Assembly (NCBI GenBank): GCA_965656495.1
Contig: CBFHKU010000005.1
Location: 102,853 to 166,852 of the forward strand
DNA from: Coraliomargaritaceae bacterium
GTDB taxonomy: Bacteria > Verrucomicrobiota > Verrucomicrobiia > Opitutales > Coraliomargaritaceae
Reading direction: 5' to 3'
Length of the DNA stretch: 64,000 nt
The translations under genes and the position numbers were made by a program. The notes beneath the pieces are model-generated. The model searched no databases. It was not told the DNA's origin and worked only from the letters and a program-made list of their open reading frames with translations. How positions within the stretch are numbered: position 1 is the first letter of the stretch; each line of letters opens with the position of its first letter. Positions 29,912-46,081 of the stretch are shown one piece after another.

Positions 29912-30588
29912 TGGGGTGCTTCGGCGGCGGGCGGGTTGTTGATGGTGACGGCTTCGCCGATGTTGTGCTGTGGCACGACTGCGCCGCCGGAGATGATGAG
30001 TTTCATGCCCTCGGCGATGCTCATATCGAGGCGGGTGACATCCTCTTGTGGGAGCATGAGCAGAAAACCGCTGGTGGGGTTGGGCGTGGTGGGGACGAAG
30101 ACGTTGACGATTTCCTCCCCGGTTACGGATTGGGTTTCCCCCCGCGCCTTACTGGTCAGGAAGCCAAGGACATAGGATTTCTTGCGGGGGTATTCGAGCA
30201 GCACCACCTCCTGAAAGACCGCTTTCTTTTGTTGACTGAAGGTGTCGACGATTTGCTTAACGGTGCGATAAACGGTGTTGATGAAAGGCAGGTTGTCCAG
30301 AATGCGTTCAAAACTGCCGAGAATCATACGCCCAAGCACAAGGCGAGAACCATAACCAAAGAGGGTGATCAACAGGAGCACGACGAAAATTGAGAGCACC
30401 TCGAGTCCAAACTGCACGACCGGCATATCCCGCCATTCGGGATCGAGGTAGAAGAAAAAGAAATTACTCGCAGGGGTTCCGACTCGGTCGAGGAGGACAT
30501 TAATAACTACAATCGTCACGCTCAGGGGCAGAATGACAATAACCCCTGTCAGGAATGCGTTTCGTAGTGAACGGAGGATAGCTTTCAT
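29908..30588 (-). CDS. DUF502 membrane protein
   Basis: FLTGVIVILP, LPFINTVY...KQI, EYPRK, VFVPTTPNPTSGF; likely start is ATG 30588. Confidence 0.92.
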   Translation of the reverse strand: MKAILRSLRNAFLTGVIVILPLSVTIVVINVLLDRVGTPASNFFFFYLDPEWRDMPVVQFGLEVLSIFVVLLLITLFGYGSRLVLGRMILGSFERILDNLPFINTVYRTVKQIVDTFSQQKKAVFQEVVLLEYPRKKSYVLGFLTSKARGETQSVTGEEIVNVFVPTTPNPTSGFLLMLPQEDVTRLDMSIAEGMKLIISGGAVVPQHNIGEAVTINNPPAAEAPQ

Positions 30589-30698
30589 TAGATGGTTTAT
30601 AGAAAAGTTGGTATGAAGGCCTCGCAACTGTAATCGAATGAACTTTCAGTTCCTTATTGGAGTTGTGAAAGGCGTTTACGATTAGGGCTTGCCGAAAC

Positions 30699-32699
30699 TT
30701 GTATCGAAATTTAAATTTAATAATTATCGGAAAAGCACTAAATAAAATAGCTATAAATTATAAGAATATAATATACTGTTGTGGTGAAAGTGCGACAGCT
30801 AGATTGCTTGGCAAGCAATTGGAGGCCACTGAAGGGGAACCGTATAAAGTCCATTTTGTAACCGAGATAAAGGCTTTGCAGGAGTTGGACATAGCGAGTG
30901 ATTGTGATGCCCTCTTGGTGGATTACATCTCTTTTAGTAATGAATTTGAATCTATTCTTGGGTGGTTGAAGCGTGAGAAAGTCAGGCCCGCGATTCTGGG
31001 GATCTTTCAAAGGCAGGAGGATTTGAGTGATGCTGCGGACTTTGTAAGTGCCCTCGATGAATTTGTATTGCTGGATTCAATGCGCTCTGCTGAGTGCTTG
31101 CTGCGAATCGCGCGCACCATTGAACGCTGCGAGCGGGAGCGGGCTCTCGTGATGGACCAAAACCTCTTGCAGTCGTTACTGGAGAGCATTCCTGATGCGG
31201 TCTATTTTAAGGATGATAAAAGTCGGTTTATGCGGGTCAGCAAGGCTATGCTTCTGAAGTATGGCAAAGATTTTGAAAGTATTCGTGGAATGACGGACTT
31301 TGATCTCTTTACCGATGAACACGCGCGACCGGCATACGAAGATGAAATGGAAATCATGCGAACCGGTAAGGCTATTGTGGGGAAGCTTGAAAAAGAAACT
31401 TTGAAGAGTGGAAAAGTGAAATGGGTGAATACCACAAAGGTGCCCTTGAGTGACGAGCGCGGGCGGATCATTGGCACCCTGGGAATTTCTAGGGATATAA
31501 GTGATTTACAGGAAGCGCAGGAGAATCTACGGGCAGAACGCAACCTCTTTCGTTCTATCCTCAATAACCTCCCGGACCGCATTTATGTCAAAGATTTGCA
31601 AGGGCAGTATTTGCGGGCAAATCCATCGCAGATTCAGTTTTTAGGGGCGCCTAGCGAAAAGGCTGTTATTGGAACCACCATGTTTGATCACCTGAAGGAT
31701 GAAGCCTCACGCCGCGCCTTTGCGATTGAGGCACAAATCATCCGTGAAATTAAACCGCTTCTAAATAAAGAGTACTCGCATCTGAAAAGAAATGGTGAGT
31801 CGGTCTGGTACCTGACGAGCAAGGTGCCCTTCTTTGATGAAGCAGGTGAACTGGTCGGGACGATCGGGATTTCACGCGACATTACTTTTCAGAAACAAAC
31901 AGAACTGCGATTGCGCGAGGCGATTCAAACCCTCGAGGAAACGAAGTTGCAGATGATTGAAGTCGAGAAATTCAATACCATTGGGCGCATGGCAGCGGGG
32001 ATTGCCCATGAAGTCAAAAATCCGCTCGCAGTGGTGAGCCTTGGATTGGAATTTCTTGAGGATAAACTCAAGGCTGAGGCTAAGCTTTCAGAATTGGTCA
32101 TCGATATGAAAACCGCCATTGAAAAGGCAAACACCATTATTTTCGATCTCATGGATTACTCGGCATCCCGTGAAGATTCGATGGTTGCGCAGGATATTAA
32201 TACCCAGATCAAGCGGATCTTAAAACTTATGCAGCACAACTTTGAGAAAGGTGGTGTGATGGTATGCCCCGAATTTTCAGAAGAAGCCCTCTGGGTTGAA
32301 ATGGAGCCCTCAAGAATGGAGCAGGTCTTCATGAACCTCTTTTTGAATGCGCTGGCAGTGATGCCCCGGGGTGGCGATTTAACGGTCCGCACCCGAACCG
32401 AACGCTTGAAGCAAGCAGGTGCGAATGTTTCCGCAAAAATAACGGAACGCTTTCGGATCGGCGACCACTTGGCGATCATTGAGATCGAGGACAGCGGTTC
32501 TGGAATCGATCCGGCCCACGCTGATAAAATCTTTGATCCGTTTTTTTCAACCCGCTCAACTGAAGACGGAACCGGACTTGGGCTTTCCGTGACCCGCAAC
32601 ATCGTAGAAATGCACCGTGGTTTGATCACGCTGGAAAATCGCCTCGATCAACGCGGAGCCTGCGCAAGCTTGATTTTTCCAATCACCCAAAAATCATGA
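30699..32699 (+). CDS. Cytoplasmic PAS-PAS sensor histidine kinase with a degenerate N-terminal receiver-like region; start uncertain
   Basis: Two PAS/PAC domains, H-box AAGIAHEVKNPL, N-box, DSGSGI, FDPFFST, GTGLGL. Confidence 0.93.
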   Translation: MYRNLNLIIIGKALNKIAINYKNIIYCCGESATARLLGKQLEATEGEPYKVHFVTEIKALQELDIASDCDALLVDYISFSNEFESILGWLKREKVRPAILGIFQRQEDLSDAADFVSALDEFVLLDSMRSAECLLRIARTIERCERERALVMDQNLLQSLLESIPDAVYFKDDKSRFMRVSKAMLLKYGKDFESIRGMTDFDLFTDEHARPAYEDEMEIMRTGKAIVGKLEKETLKSGKVKWVNTTKVPLSDERGRIIGTLGISRDISDLQEAQENLRAERNLFRSILNNLPDRIYVKDLQGQYLRANPSQIQFLGAPSEKAVIGTTMFDHLKDEASRRAFAIEAQIIREIKPLLNKEYSHLKRNGESVWYLTSKVPFFDEAGELVGTIGISRDITFQKQTELRLREAIQTLEETKLQMIEVEKFNTIGRMAAGIAHEVKNPLAVVSLGLEFLEDKLKAEAKLSELVIDMKTAIEKANTIIFDLMDYSASREDSMVAQDINTQIKRILKLMQHNFEKGGVMVCPEFSEEALWVEMEPSRMEQVFMNLFLNALAVMPRGGDLTVRTRTERLKQAGANVSAKITERFRIGDHLAIIEIEDSGSGIDPAHADKIFDPFFSTRSTEDGTGLGLSVTRNIVEMHRGLITLENRLDQRGACASLIFPITQKS

Positions 32700-33097
32700 A
32701 AAAAGATCAAAAAAATACTCCTTGTCGTGTTCTCGTCATTGACGACGAAGCGCCATTCACCCGCATGCTCAAAATGAATCTGGAAGACGGAGGGGACTAC
32801 TGTGTTGAGGTCGTTAACGAAAGCCCAAAGGCCTGCGCTGTAGCTCGTAGCTTTAAGCCAGATATCATCCTGCTTGATGTTGTTATGCCCGAAGCGGACG
32901 GCGGAGATGTTGCGACGCGCATTCGCGAACACCCCGCGACCGCTGGTATTCCCATCATTTTTGTCTCCGCGATGGTCTCGCGTAAGGAGTCGGGTGCGGG
33001 CCTCTACCAAAGCGGTGGAGAGCATTTTCTCGCGAAGCCTGTGAGCCGCAAGGTTCTCACAGATAGCATCAGTGAGGTTCTGGGGGGGAAGCATTGA
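32696..33097 (+). CDS. Stand-alone response regulator receiver
   Basis: VLVIDDE, LLDVVMPEADG, IFVSA, LAKP; overlaps the kinase stop codon. Confidence 0.93.
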   Translation: MKKDQKNTPCRVLVIDDEAPFTRMLKMNLEDGGDYCVEVVNESPKACAVARSFKPDIILLDVVMPEADGGDVATRIREHPATAGIPIIFVSAMVSRKESGAGLYQSGGEHFLAKPVSRKVLTDSISEVLGGKH

Positions 33098-33100
33098 AAC

Positions 33101-33132
33101 AAAAAAGCCCCACCGGTGAAGGTGGGGCTTTT
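33101..33132. terminator. Bidirectional intrinsic terminator
   Basis: AAAAGCCCCACC-GGTGAA-GGTGGGGCTTTT between convergent genes. Confidence 0.85.
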
Positions 33133-33151
33133 GAAATCGGTTTTGCCGGTA

Positions 33152-35890
<2,739 letters not shown>

Positions 35891-35974
35891 AAGTTGAGAC
35901 TTTTGAGTCTGGTTGGATGGTTAGATCTGCGCCGATGTTCTTTATGCGCGCAGTAAAACAAAAACACAAAAATG

Positions 35975-35999
35975 AATCCGTCGCGGCTGTCAACGGATT
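35975..35999 (-). terminator. Probable terminator of the suf operon
   Basis: Minus-strand stem AATCCGTTG/CGACGGATT followed by a T-rich tract. Confidence 0.5.
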
Positions 36000-36014
36000 A
36001 GCTCAGCGGTTGGA

Positions 36015-36563
36015 CTAAACCAAGCCTAGGACCATCTTACCGGTCTCGCTGATCATCTCTTGATGCCAGGGTGGATCCCAGACGATTTCGACGTCTGCGG
36101 TGGCGACACCCGGAACTCCTTCGAGGTGGGTTTTGGCGTCTTCCGCAATGACCGGGCCCATGCCGCAACCGGGGGCGGTGAGGGTCATTTCCATGCTGAC
36201 TTTTTGGCCACCCTCGGGGTGGGCTTCCAGTTCAAGGGTATAGACCAGCCCGAGATCGACGATGTTGACGGGGATTTCGGGGTCGAAGACTTTTTTGAGG
36301 GCTTCCCAGAGTTGTTCTTTTTCAACGGGGACATCCGCGTTTGAACTTTTCCCGGCTTGTGCCTCGGGGTCAACTGTTTCGCCGAGGGCATCGGCATTGG
36401 CCCCGCTGATGCGAAACATCCCGTTCATGGTCATCACGGTGAAGTTGCCGCCGAGGCGGTGGGTGATGGTGACGGACTCCCCTTCGGTGAGCGTCATGGG
36501 CGTGCCTTGTGGAATGAGGGTCGCTTCCACTTCGCGGGTGAGGGTGCGTTGGTCTTCAGGCAT
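36015..36563 (-). CDS. sufT: Fe-S cluster assembly protein SufT (DUF59)
   Basis: [31 protein letters not shown]. Confidence 0.92.
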   Translation of the reverse strand: MPEDQRTLTREVEATLIPQGTPMTLTEGESVTITHRLGGNFTVMTMNGMFRISGANADALGETVDPEAQAGKSSNADVPVEKEQLWEALKKVFDPEIPVNIVDLGLVYTLELEAHPEGGQKVSMEMTLTAPGCGMGPVIAEDAKTHLEGVPGVATADVEIVWDPPWHQEMISETGKMVLGLV

Positions 36564-36577
36564 GATGCGAGGTTAGC

Positions 36578-37885
36578 TTATTTGATTTTGGCGTCAAATT
36601 TCTTGTGAATGAGTTGACGGAGGTTTTCCGCGAGTTCCTCGCTATCGACTTTTTCAATGACTTCCTCAAAAAAGCCGAAGACCATCAGTTGCATGGCGGC
36701 GCGGCGGGGGATGCCGCGTTGCATCATGTAGAAGAGTTCGTCGGGGTCGAGGTTTCCGGTGGTGGCACCGTGGGAACATTTGACGTCGTTGGCGAGGATT
36801 TCGAGGCCGGGCAGGGCGTTGGCCTCGGCGGTGGGGTCGAGCAGGAGGTTGCGGTTGGTCTGGTAGGCGTCGGTTTGCTGGGCTCCCTCCGCTACTTTGA
36901 TGAGGCCGGAGAAGATGCTGCGACTGTTGTCGAGGAGGGCGTTTTTATAGAGGAGATCGGAGACCGCGTTGGGGGCGTTGTGGGTCTGGAAGGTGCGTTG
37001 GTCAAACTCCTGCGTTTCCTCGGCGACGGTCAGGGAATACATTTTAACATCGGCGCCCGGGCCTTCGATGCGGGTTTGGTTTTCGTAGCGTGCGCGCTCC
37101 GCGCCAATGTTGACGGCGAGGTTCTTGATCTGGGCATCGCGCCCCGCGACGGTCGTATCGAGTTGAAAGGAGGTGGTTTGCTCGTTCCAGTCCTGCACGA
37201 CTTTGCGGAAGACCTGGGCTCCGGCGGCGGCGTGGAGATTGGCGACCGCGATGTTGAGGGCTTGGTTTTCGGTGCTCTCAGAGAAGAAGATATCCACCAC
37301 GGAGGCCTTCGCATTTGCTTCCGCAATAATAAGGGTGTGGGGGAAGACCGCAGCCTTGGAGGCGCTGGTCCAGTAGTAATTGACGAAGGGTTTCTCGATT
37401 TCAACGCCCGCGGGAATAAAGAGCACCGATCCCGCACAGGCAGAAGCGGCGTGGAGCCCGAAGAATTTTGCGGAACCGAGTTCGGTGGATTCCTGGAGGA
37501 AGTAGCGCTCCATGAGTTCAGGGTGTTGCTCAATCGCCTCGCGAAGGGAGCAGTAGCGAACGCCCTGGGAGTGGAGTTCCTCGCTGAGGCCTTCAAAACC
37601 GACGGCGTGGTCGTCAACATAGACGGAGCGTCCGGCGTAGTCCGTGACAAGATTGGAACGCGCAAGCAGGGCGGCGGCGATTTCCTCGGAGGGGGCCTCG
37701 ACGGGGGCGAAACCGTCAATATTCAGACGACCCACCGAGGCGAAGCGCCAGAGCTCATCATTGGGAGCCGGAGCGGGGAGGGCTTTGAATTGTGCGAGTC
37801 CAGCCTCGCGGCGATCGGCGAGCCATTGAGGTTCGTCTGTGGAGGAAGCCGGGTCTTGCATGGTGTTTTGGGAAAGCGTGTTCAT
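36578..37885 (-). CDS. sufD: Fe-S cluster assembly protein SufD
   Basis: ELWRF, FSGLIKV...[32 protein letters not shown]. Confidence 0.95.
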   Translation of the reverse strand: MNTLSQNTMQDPASSTDEPQWLADRREAGLAQFKALPAPAPNDELWRFASVGRLNIDGFAPVEAPSEEIAAALLARSNLVTDYAGRSVYVDDHAVGFEGLSEELHSQGVRYCSLREAIEQHPELMERYFLQESTELGSAKFFGLHAASACAGSVLFIPAGVEIEKPFVNYYWTSASKAAVFPHTLIIAEANAKASVVDIFFSESTENQALNIAVANLHAAAGAQVFRKVVQDWNEQTTSFQLDTTVAGRDAQIKNLAVNIGAERARYENQTRIEGPGADVKMYSLTVAEETQEFDQRTFQTHNAPNAVSDLLYKNALLDNSRSIFSGLIKVAEGAQQTDAYQTNRNLLLDPTAEANALPGLEILANDVKCSHGATTGNLDPDELFYMMQRGIPRRAAMQLMVFGFFEEVIEKVDSEELAENLRQLIHKKFDAKIK

Positions 37886-37911
37886 TGTGTTGAATCCGGG
37901 ATGGATGCGGA

Positions 37912-39330
<1,419 letters not shown>

Positions 39331-39350
39331 GTTGTGCGAGTGGTGGAGGT

Positions 39351-40109
39351 TTAGGCGGTGGTGGCAAAGGCTTCTTTGACCCAGTCATAGCCCTTGGCTT
39401 CGAGTTCGCGGGCAAGTTCGGCGCTGCCGCTGTGAACGATGCGTCCGTCAAACATAACGTGCACGACATCGGGGACGATGTAGTCGAGGAGGCGCTGGTA
39501 GTGCGTGATCACGAGGAAGCCGCGCTCCGGTCCACGCATGAGGTTGACGCCCTCGGAAACCGTTTTGAGGGCGTCGATGTCGAGACCGGAATCGGTCTCA
39601 TCCATCACGCAGTAAGCGGGATTGAGCATGGACATTTGGAGGATTTCGCAGCGTTTCTTTTCTCCCCCCGAGAAACCGGCGTTCAGGGAACGCGCCGTGA
39701 ATTTGCGATCCATTTTGAGGGCGTCCATTTTTTCGTAGAGTTCTTTGTAATACTCGACCGCGTTGATGGATTCGCCTTCGGGGAGACGCGCGGCACGCGC
39801 GGCGCGGATGAAGTTGGCGATGCTTACGCCGGGGATCTCAAGGGGGTATTGGAAGGCGAGGAAGAGTCCCGCATGGGCGATCGCATCGGGTTCCTCGCCG
39901 AGGATGTTTTCGCCATCGAGGGTAATGCTGCCGCTTTCGACCTCGTAGTCCTCGTGACCCGCCATCACTTTGGCGAGGGTGCTTTTGCCGGTTCCGTTGG
40001 GACCCATGAGGGCATGGACTTCACCTTTCGGAATGGTAAGGCTGAAGTCCTTGAGAATGCTTTGCCCCTCGATGGAGACGTTGAGGTTTTTGATTTCGAG
40101 TGCGTTCAT
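39351..40109 (-). CDS. sufC: Fe-S cluster assembly ATPase SufC
   Basis: [40 protein letters not shown]. Confidence 0.97.
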   Translation of the reverse strand: MNALEIKNLNVSIEGQSILKDFSLTIPKGEVHALMGPNGTGKSTLAKVMAGHEDYEVESGSITLDGENILGEEPDAIAHAGLFLAFQYPLEIPGVSIANFIRAARAARLPEGESINAVEYYKELYEKMDALKMDRKFTARSLNAGFSGGEKKRCEILQMSMLNPAYCVMDETDSGLDIDALKTVSEGVNLMRGPERGFLVITHYQRLLDYIVPDVVHVMFDGRIVHSGSAELARELEAKGYDWVKEAFATTA

Positions 40110-40150
40110 TATATAGCTGGATAGATTTTAAAAGGGTTATATTTTTGGGC

Positions 40151-40570
40151 TCAGTTGGAATGACCGTTAAAGGCGATGTCGATGTGCTCGGCGCGGTAGC
40201 CTTGTGGCAGGGCGGCTTTGAGTTCCGACAAGATGTTATCGTTTAATTCGATGTCGATTACTTCGCCGGTAGCCTTGCAATAGAAATGGGCGTGTTGGGT
40301 AAGGTTCGGGCAATAGCGGGTGGGCTCGCGCTCAAAATTCACGGCGCGGATGAGGCCGCTTTCGGTGAGTGTTTCAAGACAGTTATAGACGGTGGCGAGC
40401 GAGATGGAGGGCATTTCGCGGCGGGCGCGGGCGTAGATTTCCTCAGCAGTGGGATGATCGCGCTTGTCGAGCAGGACCGAAAAAACCTGCTCGCGCTGTT
40501 TGGTGGCGCGCAAGCCGGAACGCTCGAGCGCATTCTCCAGCAGGGTCTTGTATTCGGCGTTGAGTTGCAT
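40151..40570 (-). CDS. Fur-family transcriptional regulator (Irr/PerR-like)
   Basis: [32 protein letters not shown]; no CxxC pairs; likely start is ATG 40570. Confidence 0.9.
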   Translation of the reverse strand: MQLNAEYKTLLENALERSGLRATKQREQVFSVLLDKRDHPTAEEIYARARREMPSISLATVYNCLETLTESGLIRAVNFEREPTRYCPNLTQHAHFYCKATGEVIDIELNDNILSELKAALPQGYRAEHIDIAFNGHSN

Positions 40571-40590
40571 TTTTAAGGGTCTTTCGCGAC

Positions 40591-40605
40591 TGAGGCTAAA
40601 TCTCA
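40591..40605. promoter_or_regulatory. Candidate Fur-family operator TGAGGCTAAATCTCA
   Basis: Imperfect 7-1-7 palindrome; 14/15 identical to the reverse complement of 62025-62039. Confidence 0.65.
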
Positions 40606-40653
40606 ATAAGGAAATTAGAATTAAACAAAGCTTGGGAGATTTTTCAAGTATTA

Positions 40654-40670
40654 TTAAGAATTATTCTAAA
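40654..40670. promoter_or_regulatory. ICE/Irr-box-like site TTAAGAATTATTCTAAA
   Basis: 16/17 match to the ICE consensus TTTRGAAYNRTTCYAAA, upstream of the regulator-suf operon. Confidence 0.55.
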
Positions 40671-40741
40671 TAAAGGCAGTTTATTTCAAACAAGAGGCAT
40701 CCGGGCTTGTGCGGGGGGACTGGAATTGCCATTTCAAAGGG

Positions 40742-41491
40742 ATGGCAGGATATCGTTCATTTTTGTTTCCGGAAGCAGAACTGGGAACGGAGCATGCGGT
40801 TTTGGATGCGCGTGAGAGTCATCATTTGGTGCGGGTTTTTCGCGCGCAGGCTGGGGATTCGGTTGAATTATTGGATGGGCTGGGTCGTCGTTACGCGGGC
40901 CGACTGGTTGAGGCGAATGGCAAGGCGGCGCGGGTTGCGATTGAGTCGGTGACCGAGCACCTGCGCGAGCGGCCCCCGGTTACATTGGTACAGGCTATTC
41001 CAAAGGGAAAGGCGATGGATTTGATCCTGCGGATGGCGGCGGAATTGGGCGCGGCGGCGATCCGGCCGATTTTCACGTCGCAGGGCGAGGTGCAGCTTTC
41101 GGGTGATCGTTTGGCAGGCAAGCTGGAGAAATGGCGACTTGTGATGGTCGAAGCCTGCAAGCAATGCGGCTTGCCTTGGTTGCCGGAATTACATGCGCCG
41201 CAAGACTTTGGCTCCTGGTTTGCGGCGGGGGGATCGGACGATCGCTGCCTGCGGATGGTAGCGAGTCTGGGGGAGCATTCGCGTCCCCTGCAAACGGTTT
41301 TGAGGGAACGTTCCGGTCAGGTTGAGGCGATTGAAATTGCGGTGGGTCCGGAGGGCGATTTCTCGGCAGCAGAGTATGCTGCTTTTGAGGGCGCGGGTTG
41401 GGAGGCGGTGCGACTGGGGGCGAATGTCCTGCGTGCCGAGACCGCCAGCGCGTATGTGCTCAGCGTGATTGATCAGGCGAAGCAAACCTAG
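40742..41491 (+). CDS. rsmE: 16S rRNA m3U1498 methyltransferase
   Basis: [33 protein letters not shown]; likely start is ATG 40742. Confidence 0.95.
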   Translation: MAGYRSFLFPEAELGTEHAVLDARESHHLVRVFRAQAGDSVELLDGLGRRYAGRLVEANGKAARVAIESVTEHLRERPPVTLVQAIPKGKAMDLILRMAAELGAAAIRPIFTSQGEVQLSGDRLAGKLEKWRLVMVEACKQCGLPWLPELHAPQDFGSWFAAGGSDDRCLRMVASLGEHSRPLQTVLRERSGQVEAIEIAVGPEGDFSAAEYAAFEGAGWEAVRLGANVLRAETASAYVLSVIDQAKQT

Positions 41492-42702
41492 GACAGTTCA
41501 AAGGCAAGACAGGTCATGTCATCCTGTTGATCGGGCATTTCCGTAAAGGTGCAAACCCGCTTGTGGATGGTTTCAAGGGTTTCCTTTAAAGGTTGCGTGG
41601 CGAGTTCTTCGAGATTTGCGATGAAAGTATCCAAGCCGTATTCCTCTCCATTTGGTTTCGAGGCTTCAATCAAACCATCAGTGAAGGCGTAGAAGCGGTC
41701 GCCGGGATACAGTGTGATGGAGGTGGGTTTAGAGGCTTTGCTGCCCTTGATGCCCATGACGACACCCGGCGGCATTTGCAGGCGTTCGATTTTTCCGGTG
41801 GCGGCGCGCCCGATTAAAACATAGGGATGACCCGCATGGGCAAGGATGAGTTGGCGGCTTCCGTCTTCTTTGCGCTCACCGAAATGTCCCGCGAGGCCGG
41901 TGACGAATCCATTCTCGATACGGCCCGATAATTCGTTATTAACGCCGCCTAGATAGTTTTGAGGGTTATTGCTGTAATGTTCGGCTTCGTGCGAAGAGAG
42001 ATATTTCAGGAGCACCGTGTAGAAGGCTGCGGTGATGCCGTGCCCCGAAACATCGCCCAGAAAAAAGAGGAGTGCTTTGTCAGGATTGCGAGGAAAGCTG
42101 AGAATGTCGCCGCCAACCGAGGACATAGGTTTCCAAAGGTATGCGAGCTGAATGCCGGGGATTATCGGTACGCGACCGGGGATCATGACTTCCTGAACGT
42201 GGCGGGCGCTTTGCAAATCCTCACGGAGGATTTCATTTTGTTCGCGCAGGCGTTGCTCGTTCTTCATTAATTTTTCCCGAGCGATGAATTCAGCAGTCAC
42301 GTCACGGGAGATTCCGATGATGCCGGCGCATTCTGAACCTTCCAGCCTGAGCGGTGCTTTGGAGGAGGAAACCCAGGTGCTGGAGCCGTCTGTCCAGGTT
42401 TCCTTTTCAATCTTATTGATAAAAGGAATCCCGGTCCGAATGATTTCCTGCTCGTCTTCATGGGCCTGTTGCGCGTGTTCATCCGTAAAAAGGTCAAAGT
42501 CAGTGAGGCCCTCGATTTCATGACGATCCTCGTAGCCGTGCATTTCTGCGAGGGCGCGGCTGGCGGCAATGAAGCGTCCCTTGTCGTCCTTGATATAGAT
42601 CCGATCTGCGCTTTGCTCCATGAGCGTTTCAAAAAGCTGTTGCGCCGAGGCCTTGAGTAAGCCGGGCGAGGCCTCATCCACAGAATCTTCGCGAGCTGTC
42701 AT
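41488..42702 (-). CDS. PAS-domain PP2C/SpoIIE phosphatase (RsbU-like)
   Basis: PAS plus VGGD, GDVSGHG, FTDGLIE, DDMTC. Confidence 0.93.
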   Translation of the reverse strand: MTAREDSVDEASPGLLKASAQQLFETLMEQSADRIYIKDDKGRFIAASRALAEMHGYEDRHEIEGLTDFDLFTDEHAQQAHEDEQEIIRTGIPFINKIEKETWTDGSSTWVSSSKAPLRLEGSECAGIIGISRDVTAEFIAREKLMKNEQRLREQNEILREDLQSARHVQEVMIPGRVPIIPGIQLAYLWKPMSSVGGDILSFPRNPDKALLFFLGDVSGHGITAAFYTVLLKYLSSHEAEHYSNNPQNYLGGVNNELSGRIENGFVTGLAGHFGERKEDGSRQLILAHAGHPYVLIGRAATGKIERLQMPPGVVMGIKGSKASKPTSITLYPGDRFYAFTDGLIEASKPNGEEYGLDTFIANLEELATQPLKETLETIHKRVCTFTEMPDQQDDMTCLAFELS

Positions 42703-42806
42703 AGTTAGAGAATGGAATCATATTTGAGGTGCTTGGCAATCATTCCCGCAGGCAAATTTTTCACATTGCGCTGGCGTATTTGGAAGGGACGATTTTCGTA
42801 AAAGGG

Positions 42807-43262
42807 ATGCGGGCAGTAATACAACGCGTTAGCAAAGCACAGGTACGGGTCGATGGAACCACGGTGGGCGCCATCGAAGCGGGCATGGTGGTTTTTCTGG
42901 GGGTGGGTTCGCAGGATGATGCCGCCGCGATTGCATGGTTGGTGCCCCGGGTCGCAAAGTTGCGGATCTGGGAAGATGTGGAGGGGCGGATGGCGCTATC
43001 TGTTCAGGAGATCGGCGGCGAAGTCATGGTGATCAGTCAATTCACGCTCTACGGCAGTTTGAAAAAAGGAAATCGTCCATCCTTCAATCGCGCCGCGGAA
43101 CCCGGCATGGCGCGCGCCCTGTATGAACAATTTGTCGCGGAGCTTGAGTCGGAACTGGGGCGTCCCGTTGCGACGGGTCGCTTTGGGGCGGACATGGCGA
43201 TCGAGGTCGAGAACAACGGGCCGGTCACGCTGGTGGTGGATACTGCTCAGAGAGACTTCTAA
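42807..43262 (+). CDS. dtd: D-aminoacyl-tRNA deacylase
   Basis: [25 protein letters not shown]. Confidence 0.96.
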   Translation: MRAVIQRVSKAQVRVDGTTVGAIEAGMVVFLGVGSQDDAAAIAWLVPRVAKLRIWEDVEGRMALSVQEIGGEVMVISQFTLYGSLKKGNRPSFNRAAEPGMARALYEQFVAELESELGRPVATGRFGADMAIEVENNGPVTLVVDTAQRDF

Positions 43263-43792
43263 TGGCACGTGTCTTGAAACAGGGATTTTATGGGCGTGAC
43301 ACTCAGGTTGTTGCGCAGGAATTGCTGGGTAAGCAGCTTTGCCGGCGTCTGCCTTCGGGGCGCATCATTCGCGGGCGGATCTGCGAGACAGAAGCCTACG
43401 ATGGTTTTGAGGATCGCGCTTCGCACGCTCACAAGGGACCGACCCCCCGCAATGTTGTGATGTTCGGGTCGCCGGGCCGCGCCTATATGTATCTTTGTTA
43501 TGGAGTGCATTGGATGTTGAATTTCACGACCCGGGAAAAGGGTTATCCCGCGGCGGTGCTGCTGCGCGGGGTCGAGGGAGTCGAGGGCCCCGGCCGCACA
43601 ACCCGACATTTTCAAATCAATAGCCGCCACAACGAACAGGTCCTAAGCCGGGTCAATGGGCTATGGGTCGAGGATGACGGCTATGAAATTTGCGCGGATT
43701 CGATACAACGCGCCCCGCGGGTCGGGATCGACTATGCCGGACCTGAGTGGGCCGCCAAGCCTTGGCGATTTATTTGGCAGTCAAGTCGTTGA
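43262..43792 (+). CDS. mpg: 3-methyladenine DNA glycosylase (MPG/AAG family)
   Basis: [29 protein letters not shown]. Confidence 0.93.
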   Translation: MARVLKQGFYGRDTQVVAQELLGKQLCRRLPSGRIIRGRICETEAYDGFEDRASHAHKGPTPRNVVMFGSPGRAYMYLCYGVHWMLNFTTREKGYPAAVLLRGVEGVEGPGRTTRHFQINSRHNEQVLSRVNGLWVEDDGYEICADSIQRAPRVGIDYAGPEWAAKPWRFIWQSSR

Positions 43793-45158
43793 GTTTTTGG
43801 CGGAGGAATTCCAGACCGCCATCCACATCGGTGAAGGTGCCGTCCAATTGAGCTTCGTAGGCTTCGTCCAAAATCTCCCCGAATTGCCGTCCCGGTTTGG
43901 CACCGAGTTCCATGAGGTGGCGGCCCAGCATGAGGGGTCGCGGCGCCTTTGCCTCAATGTCAAGTTTGCGGGTCGACTCAAGAAGCCATTTGCCCTCGGG
44001 GAAATCATCGGGCGGAATAGGGGGACGTCCGCATTTGTCGGCATAGGCGACCCGCACCAGGCGGTCGACCCGTTGCACCCGCGCTGCGAGGCGTCGGATC
44101 GCGGAAGGCCCGGCGCCGTCGCGGTAGAGCGCGAGGGGCCGCATATGGTGTTCAACCAAGGGCAGGACTTCCTCAAAGATTTTCTTTTGGCGGGTGAGGC
44201 GCTGCAGGAAACGTTCAGTGGGTGGCAGTCCCAGGATGTCGTGGCGGGGGCTGCGGATGCGCCCGTCAGTATCGACAAAGGTGGTTTCGGGTTTGCCGAA
44301 GTCGTGACACAAGACCGCGAGGCCAACGATGAGGTCTTCCCATTCATCGCCGGTGCGTTGCCCGGCATAGGCGTCGAGGCAATGCCCGGTATGGGTCCAG
44401 ACGTCGCCCTCGGGGTGCCATTCCGGATCCTGCGGGCAGTCGACGAGCGCCGCCAATTCCGGGAAATACTGTAACCACTCGCAGGCTTTGAGAAATTCAA
44501 GCCCCGCGCTGATGCGTTGGCCCTTCAAAAGCAGTTTTTTCCATTCTTCCCATAGCCGTTCTGTGGGCAGATGCTTCGGGTTTAAGCGGGTGCACAGTGC
44601 GATGGTTGTTGGGTCGGCGACCCAATCAAAGCGGGCGATGAATTGCATGCCGCGCAGGACTCGCAAGGGATCTTCGATAAAAGCGGCAGAGACGTGACGC
44701 AGGCGTCGCGCGCGCAGATCGGCGCGGCCTTCGTAGGGGTCTATCCATTCACCGGTCAGGGGATCGCAACTGATGGCATTGACGGTGAAGTCCCGGCGGC
44801 TCGCAGCTTCTTCGGGGCTCATCGCGGGGTCACCCTCGACCTTGAAGTCGGTGTGCCTGGGGCCGGTTTTTGACTCGCGGCGCGGCAGCGCCAAATCGAT
44901 ATTCAAACCCTTTAGGATAAAAACTCCGAAGGCGCGACCCACCGTATCGAGGGCGAATGAGGGGCGCAGGCACGCCTCCACTGCCCTGGCATCCAGTCCG
45001 TAGACCTCCATGTCGACGTCCTTGCTTTCAATCTCCAGCAGACCGTCGCGGACACAACCGCCGACCAATAGCGCGCGACCACCGGCGGCGCGGATGAGTT
45101 GGGCGACTTTGAGTACCGCTTCTCTTTGAGTCGCTGGAATGTGCTCGGCGCTGTCCAC
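43770..45158 (-). CDS. cca: CCA tRNA nucleotidyltransferase with HD domain
   Basis: [42 protein letters not shown]. Confidence 0.9.
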   Translation of the reverse strand: MDSAEHIPATQREAVLKVAQLIRAAGGRALLVGGCVRDGLLEIESKDVDMEVYGLDARAVEACLRPSFALDTVGRAFGVFILKGLNIDLALPRRESKTGPRHTDFKVEGDPAMSPEEAASRRDFTVNAISCDPLTGEWIDPYEGRADLRARRLRHVSAAFIEDPLRVLRGMQFIARFDWVADPTTIALCTRLNPKHLPTERLWEEWKKLLLKGQRISAGLEFLKACEWLQYFPELAALVDCPQDPEWHPEGDVWTHTGHCLDAYAGQRTGDEWEDLIVGLAVLCHDFGKPETTFVDTDGRIRSPRHDILGLPPTERFLQRLTRQKKIFEEVLPLVEHHMRPLALYRDGAGPSAIRRLAARVQRVDRLVRVAYADKCGRPPIPPDDFPEGKWLLESTRKLDIEAKAPRPLMLGRHLMELGAKPGRQFGEILDEAYEAQLDGTFTDVDGGLEFLRQKLNDLTAK

Positions 45159-45170
45159 CTTTTGAAAAGT

Positions 45171-46019
45171 TTAGCTGAGGGAATCGCGAATGGCGGGTGC
45201 GCCCCAGTTCAGTTTATCGCGCACAATCGCGAAATGTGAATGGTCGGGGTTTTGCATGAGCCGCAGTCGCGCCGCTGCCAGGTGGATTTCAAGCGGCAGG
45301 CTCTCCGAGGCTTCATCAAAGTGATTGCGCCCGTCGATCGTGACCCGCGGGCTGGGGCCGCTTTGTCCGCGCTCCACGAGGATGCGGGTATCATCTGAGA
45401 AAATAACAGAACGATTACCAAAGGTGTGCGGACAGATGGGGCTCATTGCAATAGCGCTGACTTTGGGGTCAACAATCGGGCCACCCGCAGAGAGATTATA
45501 AGCGGTCGATCCGGTGGGGGTCGAAAAGATGAGGCCATCACAATGATACTCCGAGACGTAATTATCGTCAGCGCTCACTCGCAGGCGCACGAGCCCGCTG
45601 CCTTGGGTTTCCTTAAAGACGATATCATTGAGGGCATGGATGCGCTTGCCCTGCGCATTCGTCCCGCACAAGACGCTGCGTTCGGCGATGTGGTAATCGC
45701 CTTTGATAAAATTAGGCAACTCGTGGGCGGCCTCTTCTTGTGAAAAGGTTGCGAGAAAACCGAGCTTTCCGAGGTTGACTCCCAGCAGCGCGCACCCGCT
45801 TTGAAGGGCGGCGTCGAGTACCCCGAGCAGGGTGCCGTCTCCGCCGATTGTGATGCAAAGATCAAATCCTTCCAAAGCATCAGGGGGGAGGGGATAGCTA
45901 TCGAAGGATTTCGTGCGCACCCCTTCACAATCTGCAATCCCGCCGAGGTAGCGCGCCACATCTCCCGCGCCGGGCTTGGAGCGGTTGATCGCAAAGGCTA
46001 TCGATTCAATGGGATTCAT
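45171..46019 (-). CDS. nadK: NAD kinase
   Basis: [38 protein letters not shown]. Confidence 0.96.
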   Translation of the reverse strand: MNPIESIAFAINRSKPGAGDVARYLGGIADCEGVRTKSFDSYPLPPDALEGFDLCITIGGDGTLLGVLDAALQSGCALLGVNLGKLGFLATFSQEEAAHELPNFIKGDYHIAERSVLCGTNAQGKRIHALNDIVFKETQGSGLVRLRVSADDNYVSEYHCDGLIFSTPTGSTAYNLSAGGPIVDPKVSAIAMSPICPHTFGNRSVIFSDDTRILVERGQSGPSPRVTIDGRNHFDEASESLPLEIHLAAARLRLMQNPDHSHFAIVRDKLNWGAPAIRDSLS

Positions 46020-46081
46020 TGTGAATTAAGTAAGCGCAAAGCCCCGCAAAGCGCAAACCGATTCAACAACCGCAGGCGCGC

